Part shown: in pieces, positions 1-11,990 of the stretch
How positions within the stretch are numbered: the first letter of the stretch is position 1
Layout: every line of letters starts with the position of its first letter
Assembly: GCF_001194135.2 (NCBI RefSeq)
Contig: NC_068988.1
Coordinates: forward strand, 78,623,309-78,662,079
Source: Octopus bimaculoides
Taxonomy: Eukaryota
Length of the DNA: 38,771 bases
Reading direction: 5' to 3'
Notes under the pieces: generated by a model
Seen by the model: only the letters and a program-made list of their open reading frames with translations
Databases searched by the model: none
What the model was told of the DNA's origin: nothing
Program-made: the position numbers and the translations under genes

Positions 1-299
1 TGAGTCGTTAACAGCAAAATATATATTGTATGTTATGTTATTGATGGCCACCATCCCTACCGTCATCATAATCTTATCACGAGTCTTTACATCGGCAGTA
101 TTTATTTACGATCATTTACGCTCTGTGATCAATTCCTGTGAATGTCAATTTTGTCTTTCTCCTTCCTGGTGTCGATGAAATAATATACGAGGCTACTAAT
201 AGAGTCTGCACAATCGACTGTACCTTCATAATTTTTTTTATTTTGCCGAAGAAGAAATCCTTCCTTGTGCAGAGACGTGAAACAATAATAATGCTTGTG

Positions 300-2200
300 T
301 GTAACAATCAACAACAGCGACAGAAAGACAGAAATTGTAAATTTAAAATAACAGTAACATCATTAACAACGTTAGTAATTATAACAGTAGTAGCAACAGC
401 TATGGCTGCACAGCTATTAGCAACAACAGTAAAAAACAATGACAACAGTTGTGACAACATTAGAAACAAGCCTGTGAGGGATTCGCTATGGGATTGCAAA
501 CCTATAAGAAATATCTGTCAAATGATTGGAGAAATGTATATTGAAGATTTTAATTCAAGTTACAGTCTGTCTGGATGTAAATGTGAGAGGGTCATTGCTG
601 GAATGTCTCTGCATATTGATCTGCGGCAGATAGACTGAAATGAAGATTTGCAACAACGACATAGCAACAACATATGTAACGGCAGCATTAACAACTCAAC
701 AGCAAATGCAACAGCATTATCAACAACAGCCGCAACAAAAGCATCATCATCAACAACAAGAGTGACACTATTAGCAACGCACGTAGTCAAATTATCAACA
801 TTAGCAACAACTACAATAAAAACAACTTTATCAGTAACAGCTTTAACGGTAGCAACAACAGCACCAGCAGCATTACTATTGACGGAAAGAATAGGTGAAA
901 CAACAGCAACAAGAAAAGTATTAGCAACAACAGCGGCAGCTATGATTGTAAAAGCGACGGTAGCCATTGACTGCTAAACCAGTAAAAAGAAAGACAATAA
1001 AAGCATTAGCAAGAAAACCTGCTGCAACAGAATCAACAACGGAAGCAGAGACAACAACAAAAAGGAACAAGAGCAACATCAGGAGTGAATAGAACATTAG
1101 TAACAATAACAGCAATACCAGTAGCAATAACTATAGCAACAACAGCAGCACTAGCAAGGAGTAGCTGTAACAGCAGCTATAACAATAGATGCAACGGCAG
1201 CTGCAGACCAATAGCAACAGTATCAACAGCAGCAATAACATTAGCAGTATTACTAGTTGCAACCACAATAACGTTAGCAACAGCAGTATGTCTTGCAACA
1301 ACAACAGCACTGTCAACAGCAATGTTGACAAGAACAGCAGCTGCAACATCAGGCGCTATACAAAAACAACAATTATAAGCAGGACATCATTTGCAACAAG
1401 AGCAGCACCTGCAATGCTAGTACCAAAAAGAAAAGCTGAACCAGCAAGAACACCTGCAGTAACAACAACAACAACATTATAGTTAGCAACAACTGCAGTA
1501 ACAACAGTATCAAAAACAATATTGGCACCAGCTAGTACAAGAAGAAAAATATGGAGTAATGGTTCCATGACTTTCTAGAAATAGCAACCAAATTTTTTAA
1601 AATCATATCCAACGGTATGTAATTACACGGACACATTGGGCAATGTGATTCTAGAAATAGAAAAAAAGACTGGATGGTTATGGTTGGAATACACCTACTG
1701 AACGTAGGTGTATTTGATCAAAGGCGACCAAGGGTTAAACAGTAATGGCAAGAAATATCTTCAGCAGCAGACAACAACAACAGCAACTACCACAATATTA
1801 ACAACACCAGCACCAGAAACATCAGCAATATTAGCAACATTATTAGCAAGAAGGAACAAAAGCAATATCAACGACCACCACCACCACAACAACAACAAAC
1901 ATTGTGCTGCTGAAATTGCTTCTATATAAATCATTGTGGTGGTGGTGGTGGTGGTGGTTGTGAGGGTGTTGGTGCTGTGTGAATTCCATATGTTGAGTTG
2001 TGTTGGCTGCTACAGGTAATGCTACTTCTATCCAGACGGTTACCATAGTAGCTATTGGCACTGACGTTGCAGCTGCAACTATCTTTCGCTGCCTTCCACT
2101 ACTACTAATACTGCTGTTGCTACTACTGGTGTTGATGTTGTTGCTATCGGTTGAAACTGTACGTTCTGCTATTACTGTCGCAACACTGCTTCCTCTACAA
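300..2200. repeat. Degenerate trinucleotide low-complexity tract, (AAC/AGC/ACC)n switching to (GTT/GCT/GGT)n after ~1930
   Basis: Dense acaacagca/caacaacaa motifs from 300 to 1900 with non-repetitive islands at ~480-640 and ~1560-1750; the complementary motifs dominate 1934-2200. Confidence 0.85.
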
Positions 2201-2419
2201 ATGTTCTTGTTCTATTTTAAGCTTTCCCCCAAAATGGTTATCGTTTTGGGAATAGAATATGTGTACACACATATTGATACACATAGTTGCACATAGTTAC
2301 ACATACATACCTTGGCACGTAAATATGTACAGACACTTATATGCAAGCACTATCTAGGCCATACGCACACACATAAACTGAGTAAACTCCACACCACACA
2401 AGCATGAAAATAAGTATAA

Positions 2420-2639
2420 GTAAATATATATATCATATATATATTATATATATTATATACATAATATATGCGTATGTATGTGTGTGTGTGTTTGTGTGTT
2501 TGTGTATGTATGTATGTATGTGTGCATATATGCATATGTATATATATATTTGTGTGTGTACATATATGAATATATATGTATAGATATATATGTATAAATA
2601 TATACACATGTGTATATATATATAAGTGTATATATATAT
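2420..2639. repeat. Compound (TA)n/(TG)n/(TATG)n microsatellite
   Basis: Directly visible; runs into the first gap. Confidence 0.95.
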
Positions 2640-3530
2640 NNNNNNNNNNNNNNNNNNNNNNNNNNNNNNNNNNNNNNNNNNNNNNNNNNNNNNNNNNNNN
2701 NNNNNNNNNNNNNNNNNNNNNNNNNNNNNNNNNNNNNNNNNNNNNNNNNNNNNNNNNNNNNNNNNNNNNNNNNNNNNNNNNNNNNNNNNNNNNNNNNNNN
2801 NNNNNNNNNNNNNNNNNNNNNNNNNNNNNNNNNNNNNNNNNNNNNNNNNNNNNNNNNNNNNNNNNNNNNNNNNNNNNNNNNNNNNNNNNNNNNNNNNNNN
2901 NNNNNNNNNNNNNNNNNNNNNNNNNNNNNNNNNNNNNNNNNNNNNNNNNNNNNNNNNNNNNNNNNNNNNNNNNNNNNNNNNNNNNNNNNNNNNNNNNNNN
3001 NNNNNNNNNNNNNNNNNNNNNNNNNNNNNNNNNNNNNNNNNNNNNNNNNNNNNNNNNNNNNNNNNNNNNNNNNNNNNNNNNNNNNNNNNNNNNNNNNNNN
3101 NNNNNNNNNNNNNNNNNNNNNNNNNNNNNNNNNNNNNNNNNNNNNNNNNNNNNNNNNNNNNNNNNNNNNNNNNNNNNNNNNNNNNNNNNNNNNNNNNNNN
3201 NNNNNNNNNNNNNNNNNNNNNNNNNNNNNNNNNATATGTAGAGATGTGTGTAAAAGAGGGAGAGTGAGAGAAAGTGTCTGTGAGTATGTATATATGTTCT
3301 TGTATATGTACGGTCAGAGTGTGCAAAAGTTGTAGGGCATAATCTTTATAATCCGAAATGAAGACAATGACAGTGCTATAGAGGTTGAAAAATGGGACAT
3401 GAAACCTCACACCGTTATACACTAAATGAAATAAAATTTGTTCCCGTGCATAGATGCACATTAAACTGCTTTTTGTTCTTTCCATATGTATCTAGAGCTT
3501 TCTCTTGCACTTCCTCTTTCTGTCTCTATA

Positions 3531-3585
<55 letters not shown>

Positions 3586-3612
3586 ATGTAAGTATGTATG
3601 TATGTATGTATA
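3531..3612. repeat. (GTCT)n(GTAT)n microsatellite
   Basis: Directly visible. Confidence 0.95.
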
Positions 3613-4529
3613 CATAGAAGGCATACATATGCGTATATACTGGCACGACTGTAACTGTCCTACAGGTAACCTTAAGCTTTCGAAAGTGTCTCCGTAAAAT
3701 TAATTTTACTGAATATCTTTGAGAACTAATGAACGGTTACTGATTTCACCTTTGGCAACGTAGAATAATCTACAAATATTTCGAAAGCATATATTTCAAT
3801 ATCAACCACAGACAAGGGAGTAGTTGTGATACTGTTAAATTTTATGAACAATTATTTTTCGTATCTCAACTCGTACTCCAGCCAAAGACCCCTAAAGATG
3901 TTTTAGATCAATTAATATGTTACCACGCCAGCTTTATTCTTCATAACTTTGTTTAGAATTTCTTTCCTGAGATCGTGATATGCTATTTTGCAACCTTTAT
4001 TTTGTAACCTCTAATTTCACCATTGAAAATGCAGGCCGAACCTACTCCTTTCCTGGTGTTCCTATTTCATAATATGGACCTATCGAAAGCAAACTAGGAT
4101 AGATTTATTCACAGTCTATCACTTGTCGCTCTGTTTTTCATACCCACCATCATCAAACTATCTTGGCAGATATTTTAAGATACAGTTATTAGCATATGTT
4201 CAAACCACATCACATCAAAATTTGTGAATAAAAATAGATGCAGGCTCACAGGATAATAAAGCTCTGTCAGCTGAAATAATGCAGTAGCGACAACTCGGCC
4301 TCCCAGATCATAGAAATAACACCGGAATAAAAATAAATGTATCATGTCCGGAACATCAACAAGGCCATCATTATTAAGTTTTGCTGAGGAAGACGGAAGT
4401 ATTGACAAATTAAATAAGATCTTAAGTGTTCAATTTTATTATAAAAAAAATATGGTCACTTCTTGATCTACCGGTCCACAGACTAATCAAAACAGCATTC
4501 TCCACAACGATGCTATAGAAATGGGGACA

Positions 4530-5010
4530 GTCTACAAAGCTGCTTCGTTTTCAGTGATTCTGATGTGGTTGACTTTGGCCGTATCAATGACATTAAACCC
4601 TCAAAATATCCTCCCTAACATTATTTTTAACTTCCCCGATATCACAGCACAACTCACTCAGCAATAGGCCTCGATAGATACTTTGCTAATGTCTTGAAGT
4701 AAAATCGACATCAATTGCATCTCATCTCGCTAATTTGGGATACACGCTCTTTAACTGAATATTTTCGAATATTTTCTATCCCAGTTCGTCATTCCATATT
4801 TGCAAAAAAAAACAAACAAACAAAAAAACAGCAACAACACAATTGCAGTTAACTACTAACTAATCTTACATAACATTGATATAAATGTATTGAGACTGAG
4901 AATAACTGATTTCCTGGAGAGCAACAATCTTCTAGTTTACGCTCAGCGTGGCTTTCAGTATGGCATGAACTGCTATACACCATTTTACTAATAATTTGAA
5001 TGTCTTGAGA
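4530..5010 (+). mobile_element. Decayed CR1/L2-like LINE ORF2 fragment (N-terminal side of RT)
   Basis: Manual translation gives SAIGLDRYFANVLK*NRHQL (GPDG..A.VLK...QL-like) and INVLRLRITDFLESNNLLVYAQRGFQYGMNCYT (LE.N.LL...QHGFR.GRSC-like), with stops and frameshifts. Confidence 0.6.
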
Positions 5011-5171
5011 GAGGACTCAAAGCAGAAGTCGTATATCTTGTCTCAATCACAGAAGAATGGACCGCAGTATGATCTTTTGTTAAACACACTTATCCAGCAT
5101 CAGAGTCGTAGAGAACTACTGCAGTGGATTAAATGTTTATTACTGCGTGTACATGCGTGTGCGGGCACATA

Positions 5172-5211
<40 letters not shown>

Positions 5212-5719
5212 CGCGTGCGCTTGCACATGTATTCTGTACTACACATGTATTAAAACTGCTGAAATAGCAGATTCATACTTCTAAAGTCCCTTTCATCCAA
5301 TGTTGATCATGGAAAATATTTGAAACTGAAAGCTTAAATAAATTATGGAGCAATTTTAATAGATATTCATGAATATAGATTGAGTTGTCCCCAAATGTAT
5401 TGGAATATGTAAACGTACACAGATGTGTTGTGTTAAGCGCCAGAATCTACCTCAGTTCTGAACCGTTGGTGACCTTCTAGAAAACTCAAGTGTAAGTGAT
5501 ATTGAAGTCTCGCTTATCTATCCACGCCAATCCTTTCAAACAGCCAGTGCAACATGCTATATGCACTTGGTCACAGATGTGCTGTTTCTTCTCTCTGCAC
5601 ATGTGTCTCTTACATGCATTAACATGTAGAAATGGAAGTTAAACATCAATTTATTGATCTCATCAGTCCCCGCGGTTTTATAAAGGTCAGAGATATTGTC
5701 CAACCTTTTCCGATTAAAT

Positions 5720-6006
5720 AATAAATATACAAAGAAATAAATGCATAAATAAATGAGCAGATAAAGAGGACGAATAAATACATAGATAAATAGATGGATA
5801 GACAGACAGATAGACAGACACACAGACAGAGAAATAGACACAAATAGTTGAACAGATATATAGATAATTAGGAAAACAGATCGACAGATACATGAATATA
5901 GAGAATTGAATCGGTAGATATATAGATAATTGAATAGCGAAGTAGATAGGGATCTAGATTGATAAATAGTTAGACAGTCATGAGATAGACGGATAGACAG
6001 ACAAAC

Positions 6007-6058
<52 letters not shown>

Positions 6059-6480
6059 GGATGGATGGATGGATGGATGAATACAGAGATGGGTGGATAG
6101 ATAGAAAGTCAGATGAATTTACAGATTAGTCGATAGACAAGTAGTTAAATAAATAAACAAATAAATAAGCGTGAGAAAGACACGTAAATAAATAGATTGA
6201 TAGGTAGAGAGACAGGTAGATAAATAGACTGACGGATAAACAGTTGGATAGATGGATAGACAGAGAGACAGGTGGTGCGAGAGAAAAATAGATGAATAAA
6301 GTGAGATATGCATTGGTAAATAGATAAATGAATTGATAGGTAGATAAAAAGGTAGGGAGAAAAATAGATGGATAGCTAATAAGACAGTTGGATAGCTAGA
6401 TAAATAGTTAGATAACCAGACTGATAGATCGATTAGTGGAGACAGATGCATATGTATATTCACAGTAAATACTTATATAC
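5720..6480. repeat. Degenerate (GATA)n/(GACA)n/(GATG)n tract
   Basis: Near-perfect GATA/GATG core at 6008-6078 with long degenerate flanks. Confidence 0.9.
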
Positions 6481-6799
6481 ATGTGTGTTCATGGAAAATA
6501 TATTCATATCTTTATGCAGCAAGACGTTTTATGCATATATTGTGACGAGTCAAAATATCTCATTTTTTGTGATGTGAAATGATGTAGTTGACAGTATTTG
6601 AACGCGTACGTTATTGATACCTATTTTACTGTTTAGGCAAATACTAAAGGCAATCAACAATGAAACTAGAAATAACACTCAAATCTTTACCGTCTTAAAA
6701 CCAACGTAGCCTTAGTTATAAAGCTGTAATGCCAGTTATATTAACCTGCAAGGAACTGGGATACTTCCAACCAATCAGAAATGACGTAGGCTAACCAAA

Positions 6800-6855
6800 A
6801 CCACCACCACCACAACCACCACCACCACCACCACCATAACAGCAACAACAACAAC
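6800..6855. repeat. (ACC)n(AAC)n microsatellite
   Basis: Directly visible. Confidence 0.9.
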
Positions 6856-6905
6856 TGGTTACTGTTTTTGTTATTACATTTTCTGCACTTTACAGTATCA
6901 AAATA

Positions 6906-7041
6906 TTCCTTTCTACTATAAGCACAAGACCTGAAATATTTTGGCGGAGGGAACTAGTATATTACATCAACCCCAGTGCACAACTGGTACTTATTTCATC
7001 GAACCCGAAAGGATGAAAGGCAAAGCCGGCCTCGATGGAAT
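6906..7041 (-). mobile_element. SINE family B, 3' part
   Basis: Reverse complement (ctttgcctttcatcctttcgggttcgatgaaataagtaccagttgtgcactggggttgatgtaat...caggtcttgtgcttatagtagaaag) aligns with the copy at 24373-24582. Confidence 0.85.
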
Positions 7042-7399
7042 ACAACATCGAAATACTGGTTACTCTTGTTGGTCCTAACTCCTCTGATGTAAGTTCGAAA
7101 CATTATAAGCCAAGATGACATGACTCTCTACATCAGGACGAAACATTCTGGAGGTACCACTAAACTACCGTTAAGCTGAAATGACATAAAACCAAATGTC
7201 CCGTTAAACTAAATATTTTAATTAACCAAAAGTACCAATTAATCACGTGTCTTATAAGAGTTTCTAGAATATTTATATCTAGAAAATCTTTGACTCACAT
7301 AGAGAAGAGCGTAACAATTTTCGGATGGATATCCTGTATCGAAGTAGTTAAGCTAAAATAAATTATGCAGGTATGTTTACATAACCAGAAATGTATGAC

Positions 7400-7689
7400 A
7401 TTCTCTAGATGTCACACAATTTGACAAGGTACACAAACCATGTCTTAATTTCAATGAAGCTTACGTTAGTATATCTGTATCAGCCATTATTATGATTGAC
7501 CGTTGACTGGACACTATTCAATTTTTTTTCTCCGTGTTTTTCTCCTTGTCTCCGTATTCTTTCTGTTGAAGAGCGTAGCTCGAAACGTCAAAGACTTTCC
7601 GTATTCCCGAGCGTCATACTAATACATCCTTTTGTTATTTACACCACCTGTCCTCGTCTGTTGTTGTTTTTTCGTATATTCTCCCATAT
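7400..7689 (+). mobile_element. Penelope-like element 3' terminal (pLTR-like) remnant
   Basis: Frame KVHKPCLNF (~7427-7453) resembles the ..KP.LN end of PLE GIY-YIG ORFs. It is followed by a pyrimidine-rich spacer and a hammerhead-like motif. The 3' side is cut by a gap. Confidence 0.5.
7558..7594 (+). ncRNA. Minimal type-I hammerhead-ribozyme-like motif (variant core)
   Basis: Stem I TCTTT/AAAGA; core CTGTTGAA (canonical CTGANGA); stem II GAGC-GTA-GCTC; GAAA; palindromic ACGT stem III; GTC cleavage triplet. Confidence 0.55.
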
Positions 7690-7743
7690 NNNNNNNNNNN
7701 NNNNNNNNNNNNNNNNNNNNNNNNNNNNNNNNNNNNNNNNNNN

Positions 7744-7775
<32 letters not shown>

Positions 7776-8049
7776 AAATACTGTCTACCCTGTCTTCAAA
7801 AACTATCACACATGTCTCTGAATAACACATTCCTCACACCGTAGATGGATTGTTGGATAGAAAGATGGTAGATAGATAAAAAGTCAGATGAATATGAAAT
7901 AAAGAAATATAATTCATACCTCACACCTTTTACACTAACCACTTCTCTGAAATGAAACAGAAAGTATAAGAGAAAGAAAGAGAGACAGAAAGTGAGAGGA
8001 AGAAAAAGAGAAAGAGAGAGGGAAGATGTTAGTGTCATCAGGTCACACA

Positions 8050-8310
8050 ATATTTTTCTCAATATCAGATACCATCATCGTATGTCAGTTGATCTTTGTA
8101 TTCAAAATCGAAACTTCTATATCAAGCATAGGCAACCTCTTTAGAGAATCAGGCCCCATGAGAGAAAGTTCATCATCATGTGTGCCGCATTACTAAAAAT
8201 ATCCAAGGTAACTTTACATAGCGTGCCCTTCGGAAAGTTCTGCGGGCGGCAGTTTGTCCATTACAGTTCTAGATGATAAACCGGGTTCATGGAAATAACA
8301 GTCCAATCTC
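8050..8310 (+). mobile_element. Possible highly decayed Penelope-like 3' end
   Basis: Weak DLCIQ and KFIIMC..H fragments resemble the PLE C-terminal CNLC...SKCRH motif, followed by a degraded agatga...ggaaa-taacagt motif. Confidence 0.3.
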
Positions 8311-8820
8311 CCTCATTTCTCACACTCAGGCTTTAATAAAAGATGTATTAAACAATGTAGTATTTGATATAGAAACAGAGGGGATGATTAGTACATACAT
8401 AAGATTAAAAAAACTAAGCTTACTTTGATCCTACAAGGGGAGATCTTTGCTCAGTGGTTCGACCTGTTAGAAATGGTTGCGAAATGTTCCTATGATCATC
8501 CCATTCTGTCTTTTAAAAAAAGATACATAGGACAATCTATTATCTTGTTTTTATATTTGAGTCTCCTGTAACTTCATATTATGAAATGGATGAAGAAAAA
8601 ATATGCAGTAGAGATGTTGTATGTAATTTATATAAGCATTAGTACAGACTGAAGGAGTAGAAAGAGCAGATAAATTAAGGGGAATAAGGGAAGTAGAGCG
8701 AAAAGCAAAGAGAGATAGATATATAAATAAATAGATAGATAGAGAGTGAGGGAGGAGAGAGAAGTAGATAGATAGACGGATATATATATATAAATGATAT
8801 ATGATATATATATATATAAT

Positions 8821-8997
8821 AGGCACATGAGTGACTGTGTGGTAAGAAGCTTGCTTTCCAGTCACATGGTTCCGGGTTCAGCCCCACTGCATGGCACCTT
8901 GAGCAAGTGTCTTCTACTATAGTCTCGAGCCGACCAAAGCCTTGAGAATGGATTTGGTAGACCGAAACATGTGTGTGTGTGTGTGTGNNNNNNNNNN

Positions 8998-9053
<56 letters not shown>

Positions 9054-9245
9054 TGTGTTTGTTCCCAACCATCGCTTGACAACGGATGTTGGTGTGTTTA
9101 CATCGTCCTAACTTTAGCGGTTCGGTAAAAGAGACCGATAAAATTGGTACTAGTCTTACAATGAATGAGTTCTGGGGTCGATTTGTTCGACTAAAGGCGG
9201 TGCTCCAGAATGGTGACAGTCAAATAACTGAAACAAGTAAAAGAA
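8821..9245 (+). mobile_element. SINE family A (tRNA head, CORE-like block, internal (TG)n), near full length
   Basis: A-box-like tgactgtgtgg, B-box-like ggttcagccc, CORE-like ggcaccttgagcaagtgtctt, internal microsatellite, tail actgaaacaagtaaaagaa. Homologous to 25295-25558 and 30800-31092. Confidence 0.9.
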
Positions 9246-9270
9246 CATATATATATATATATATATATAT

Positions 9271-9318
<48 letters not shown>

Positions 9319-9320
9319 TT
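9246..9320. repeat. (TA)n(GATA)n microsatellite at the SINE tail
   Basis: Directly visible. Confidence 0.95.
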
Positions 9321-10164
9321 AGTTAGATGCAGGGAGGGAGGGAGAGAGAAAGGTTTAGCCTGATTAATTGGAAGTCATTGCTGCTAAAAGAAGAAAAATG
9401 TAGATGTACAATGTGAAATGTTGCAGTGTATAGTATATAACGTAATGAACCAACCCTCCTATACTGATATGTTATTGACTCTGAAGGGATGACACGCATG
9501 GAGGGAAGACCCCGAGGGATTTAAACAGAATAAAGAGAGAAACCCTTAAATAGGCTAATGAATGAAGGTATGTTGTTCCTCTCTTTCTCTTTCACAAAGT
9601 TTAAGTTGAAAGAATTATTCATTGTTTCATAATTAAAAAAAAATCTCTACCTGTGACAAGAAACAGAGAAAGGAAAAGAGATACTGAAGAAAAAGGAAAT
9701 GTTTCAGTCTCGTCAATGACAAAGGAGAAATAACACTAATGAGTTAAAATAAAGGTTAAACAATGGGGAAATAACAAAACAACAACAAAATAACATCAAA
9801 AAGAAAACAACAAAAATAGGCTCCGAATTATGAATGTGTGACATGAATAACTTTTAAAAGGAAAAGAATACTTTAAATTTTAAATCCAAGAACAGAATGA
9901 TAAATTAAAATTTGAATTAAAATTTAAAAATTGAAGCAATTATACCTTCAGTCAAATGTAGCTGAAAATATGAATAATTAAAAGAGCTATATAACAGACT
10001 AAAGAATTATTAACACAGGCTTCAAAACGTGAACTTTTATAAATTTAAATAATTTAATGTTTTTCTTTTTGTTTACAATAATGAATTATCTCATTAGCTC
10101 AAGCGCAGAAGTCTTGACGAGTGATCCTGCTGACTATATCATCTCCATTTATGCCTGTTACATA

Positions 10165-10280
10165 TTTTATCGTCCCCAAAAGACTGAAAAGCAAAATTGA
10201 CTTTGGCGGGATTTGAAATCAAAACGCAGTTACAAATATTTCATGACATCTTGTCCTCCAATTTAATTTTGCTAGCCATA
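10165..10280 (-). mobile_element. SINE family B, degenerate 5' part
   Basis: Reverse complement ...ttttgatttcaaatcccgccaaagtcaattttgcttttcagtcttttggggacgataaaa matches 24440-24500. Confidence 0.65.
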
Positions 10281-10799
10281 GTNNNNNNNNNNNNNNNNNN
10301 NNNNNNNNNNNNNNNNNNNNNNNNNNNNNNNNNNNNNNNNNNNNNNNNNNNNNNNNNNNNNNNNNNNNNNNNNNNNNNNNNNNNNNNNNNNNNNNNNNNN
10401 NNNNNNNNNNNNNNNNNNNNNNNNNNNNNNNNNNNNNNNNNNNNNNNNNNNNNNNNNNNNNNNNNNNNNNNNNNNNNATTAGTTTAGTCAAAACATGAGT
10501 TTTGATTTTCGGGACCCGGTCCCACGAAGCAACTGCAAGATACTTAAAAACAAACAAAAAACATTAATGAAGACAAGCAAATGGTACGAAATGACAAAAC
10601 AGAAAATCCCAAACACGAAACATGAAATTCCCAAACACAGCAAACAACACATTTGACAGCAACATTAGTCAAGAACACTACACTAATATGTACTTTCTCA
10701 AACGAATTTCAAGCGAACATTAACGGAACACTAGTGTTTGTAAGTGTTCTTTTGATAAAAAAAACAAACAAAAAAAAAAACTAACTACAGACCTTTTTG

Positions 10800-11990
10800 T
10801 TGAAAGAACTAACGATTGGAGAAATTTTGCTCAGAAAATCCCAAACAAGGAAGACCACATCTGTAATTTTCAGCCTACAAAACTGTTAAACGGAAATTTC
10901 AAAATTTTGTCTAAAGTGTTAGCAAAGAAGTTAGCGCTAGTCGTCGATGGTCTAATGCGTGATGCACAAGCTTGAACCGTCCCATACAGGTCTATCTACA
11001 ACCTCCACTTTCGGTCCCGTATTCCTCAATTTGATTGCAGCAATGTAGAGCGACATTCGCTCAGTGCTTAAACTGTTTGATCACTTATTGGAAGCATTCG
11101 GCATCATGCACTCGGCCCGCCAAAGTTTTCCCTTCTCATTTCTTCTACTATATTTTTTAACAATTGAGCCACCATTACAGATACTAGAGTAGTTAAGGGG
11201 TATCCATGGAAGGAACGTGTTCTTCCGGTCAGGAGGTATCATTTGCTGCGTGGAGGAGTGGACATGCTGTGACAGATAATGTGCAGATGTGCGCTGAGGA
11301 TGCAACATCTCTAGCATTTCCTTGACGATGAGCAGATGTGGACACTGTTTGTCAGATATGCTTTTCTGCAGCTTGTCTTTTTAACTGAGCTGCAGTTTTG
11401 TATCAAGCGTAAACCAAGTCAGGCACCAAGAGATTCAGTCGGTTTAGTAATGTGATCGGTAGAACTTACACTTTAGTGTTCTATAGAGGATTAGTGAGAG
11501 ACCAGCAACAGCGACAACGTCCTTATTGAGGCTCTGAGTGTCAACGAGAATAAACCAGCTGGTCTTTTTCCGAGGACTTTCGAACCAGGATCCCTGGAGA
11601 CTTTTCAGAAATCTCCGACCTAGTAATGCTACCGTTCGTGATAAGCTTTACATGCATGGAAGTGCCGTGAGCTGAGCCTGCCTGAGAAACATGCTGGACG
11701 ACAAAACTTTATGCATTCATACTATGCCTAAGCATTGTAATGGAATTATATCGAACACTTTCCGATTTGGCTATCAGCTGGTTCCATTGCGAGAATCATC
11801 CTGTCGCCTTCCTTTAGGTGGGAAAGGCTGACAATGTTTACTTGTTTGGTGGCTTTAACGAAAGTGATTGTATGGTAGACAGGATGAAAGTGCTGACGAA
11901 ATACACTTTACTCTTTCATTTGAAAAGGAAAGTGAAAGTGGAGTGGGAAACAGAAATAATGTATATTTAAAGCGGTTTGGTCGCCTGGAA
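10800..11990 (+). mobile_element. Internally deleted, decayed Tx1/L1-clade LINE ORF2 (RT pieces plus C-terminal region)
   Basis: KIPNKEDHICNFQPTKLLNGNFKILSKVLAKKLALVVDGL; FGPVFLNLIAAM*SDIRSVLKLFDHLLEAFGIMHSARQSFP (SVRQGCP-like); GGVDML*QIMCRCALRMQHL*HFLDDEQ, which aligns to GGLGMPWLLMCRHALRLRHLWIYLDGGQ in the 36570-36990 copy. Confidence 0.85.

Noticed and set aside
138-1568. Thr/Ala/Asn/Gln-rich ORFs suggesting a mucin-like protein
   Set aside because: Short ORFs occur in many frames on both strands with frequent stops, as expected for a decayed trinucleotide repeat; no splice structure or domain.
1560-1750. Possible SINE tail fragment weakly similar to 8440-8520
   Set aside because: In-window similarity is too low to support a family call without a repeat library.
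5630-5685. 56-nt candidate exon AG|...MEVKHQFIDLISPRGFIK|GTCAGA
   Set aside because: Weak acceptor, no recognisable protein; such short AG/GT-bounded frames are common by chance.
7084-7147. CTGATGT...CGAAAC hammerhead-like words
   Set aside because: Core lacks A9, and no stem III/UH site or stem I can be formed.
8268-8302. Third hammerhead (agatga...ggaaa-taacagt)
   Set aside because: Core is mutated and stem III is missing; at most a decayed relic, kept only as weak support for a PLE end.
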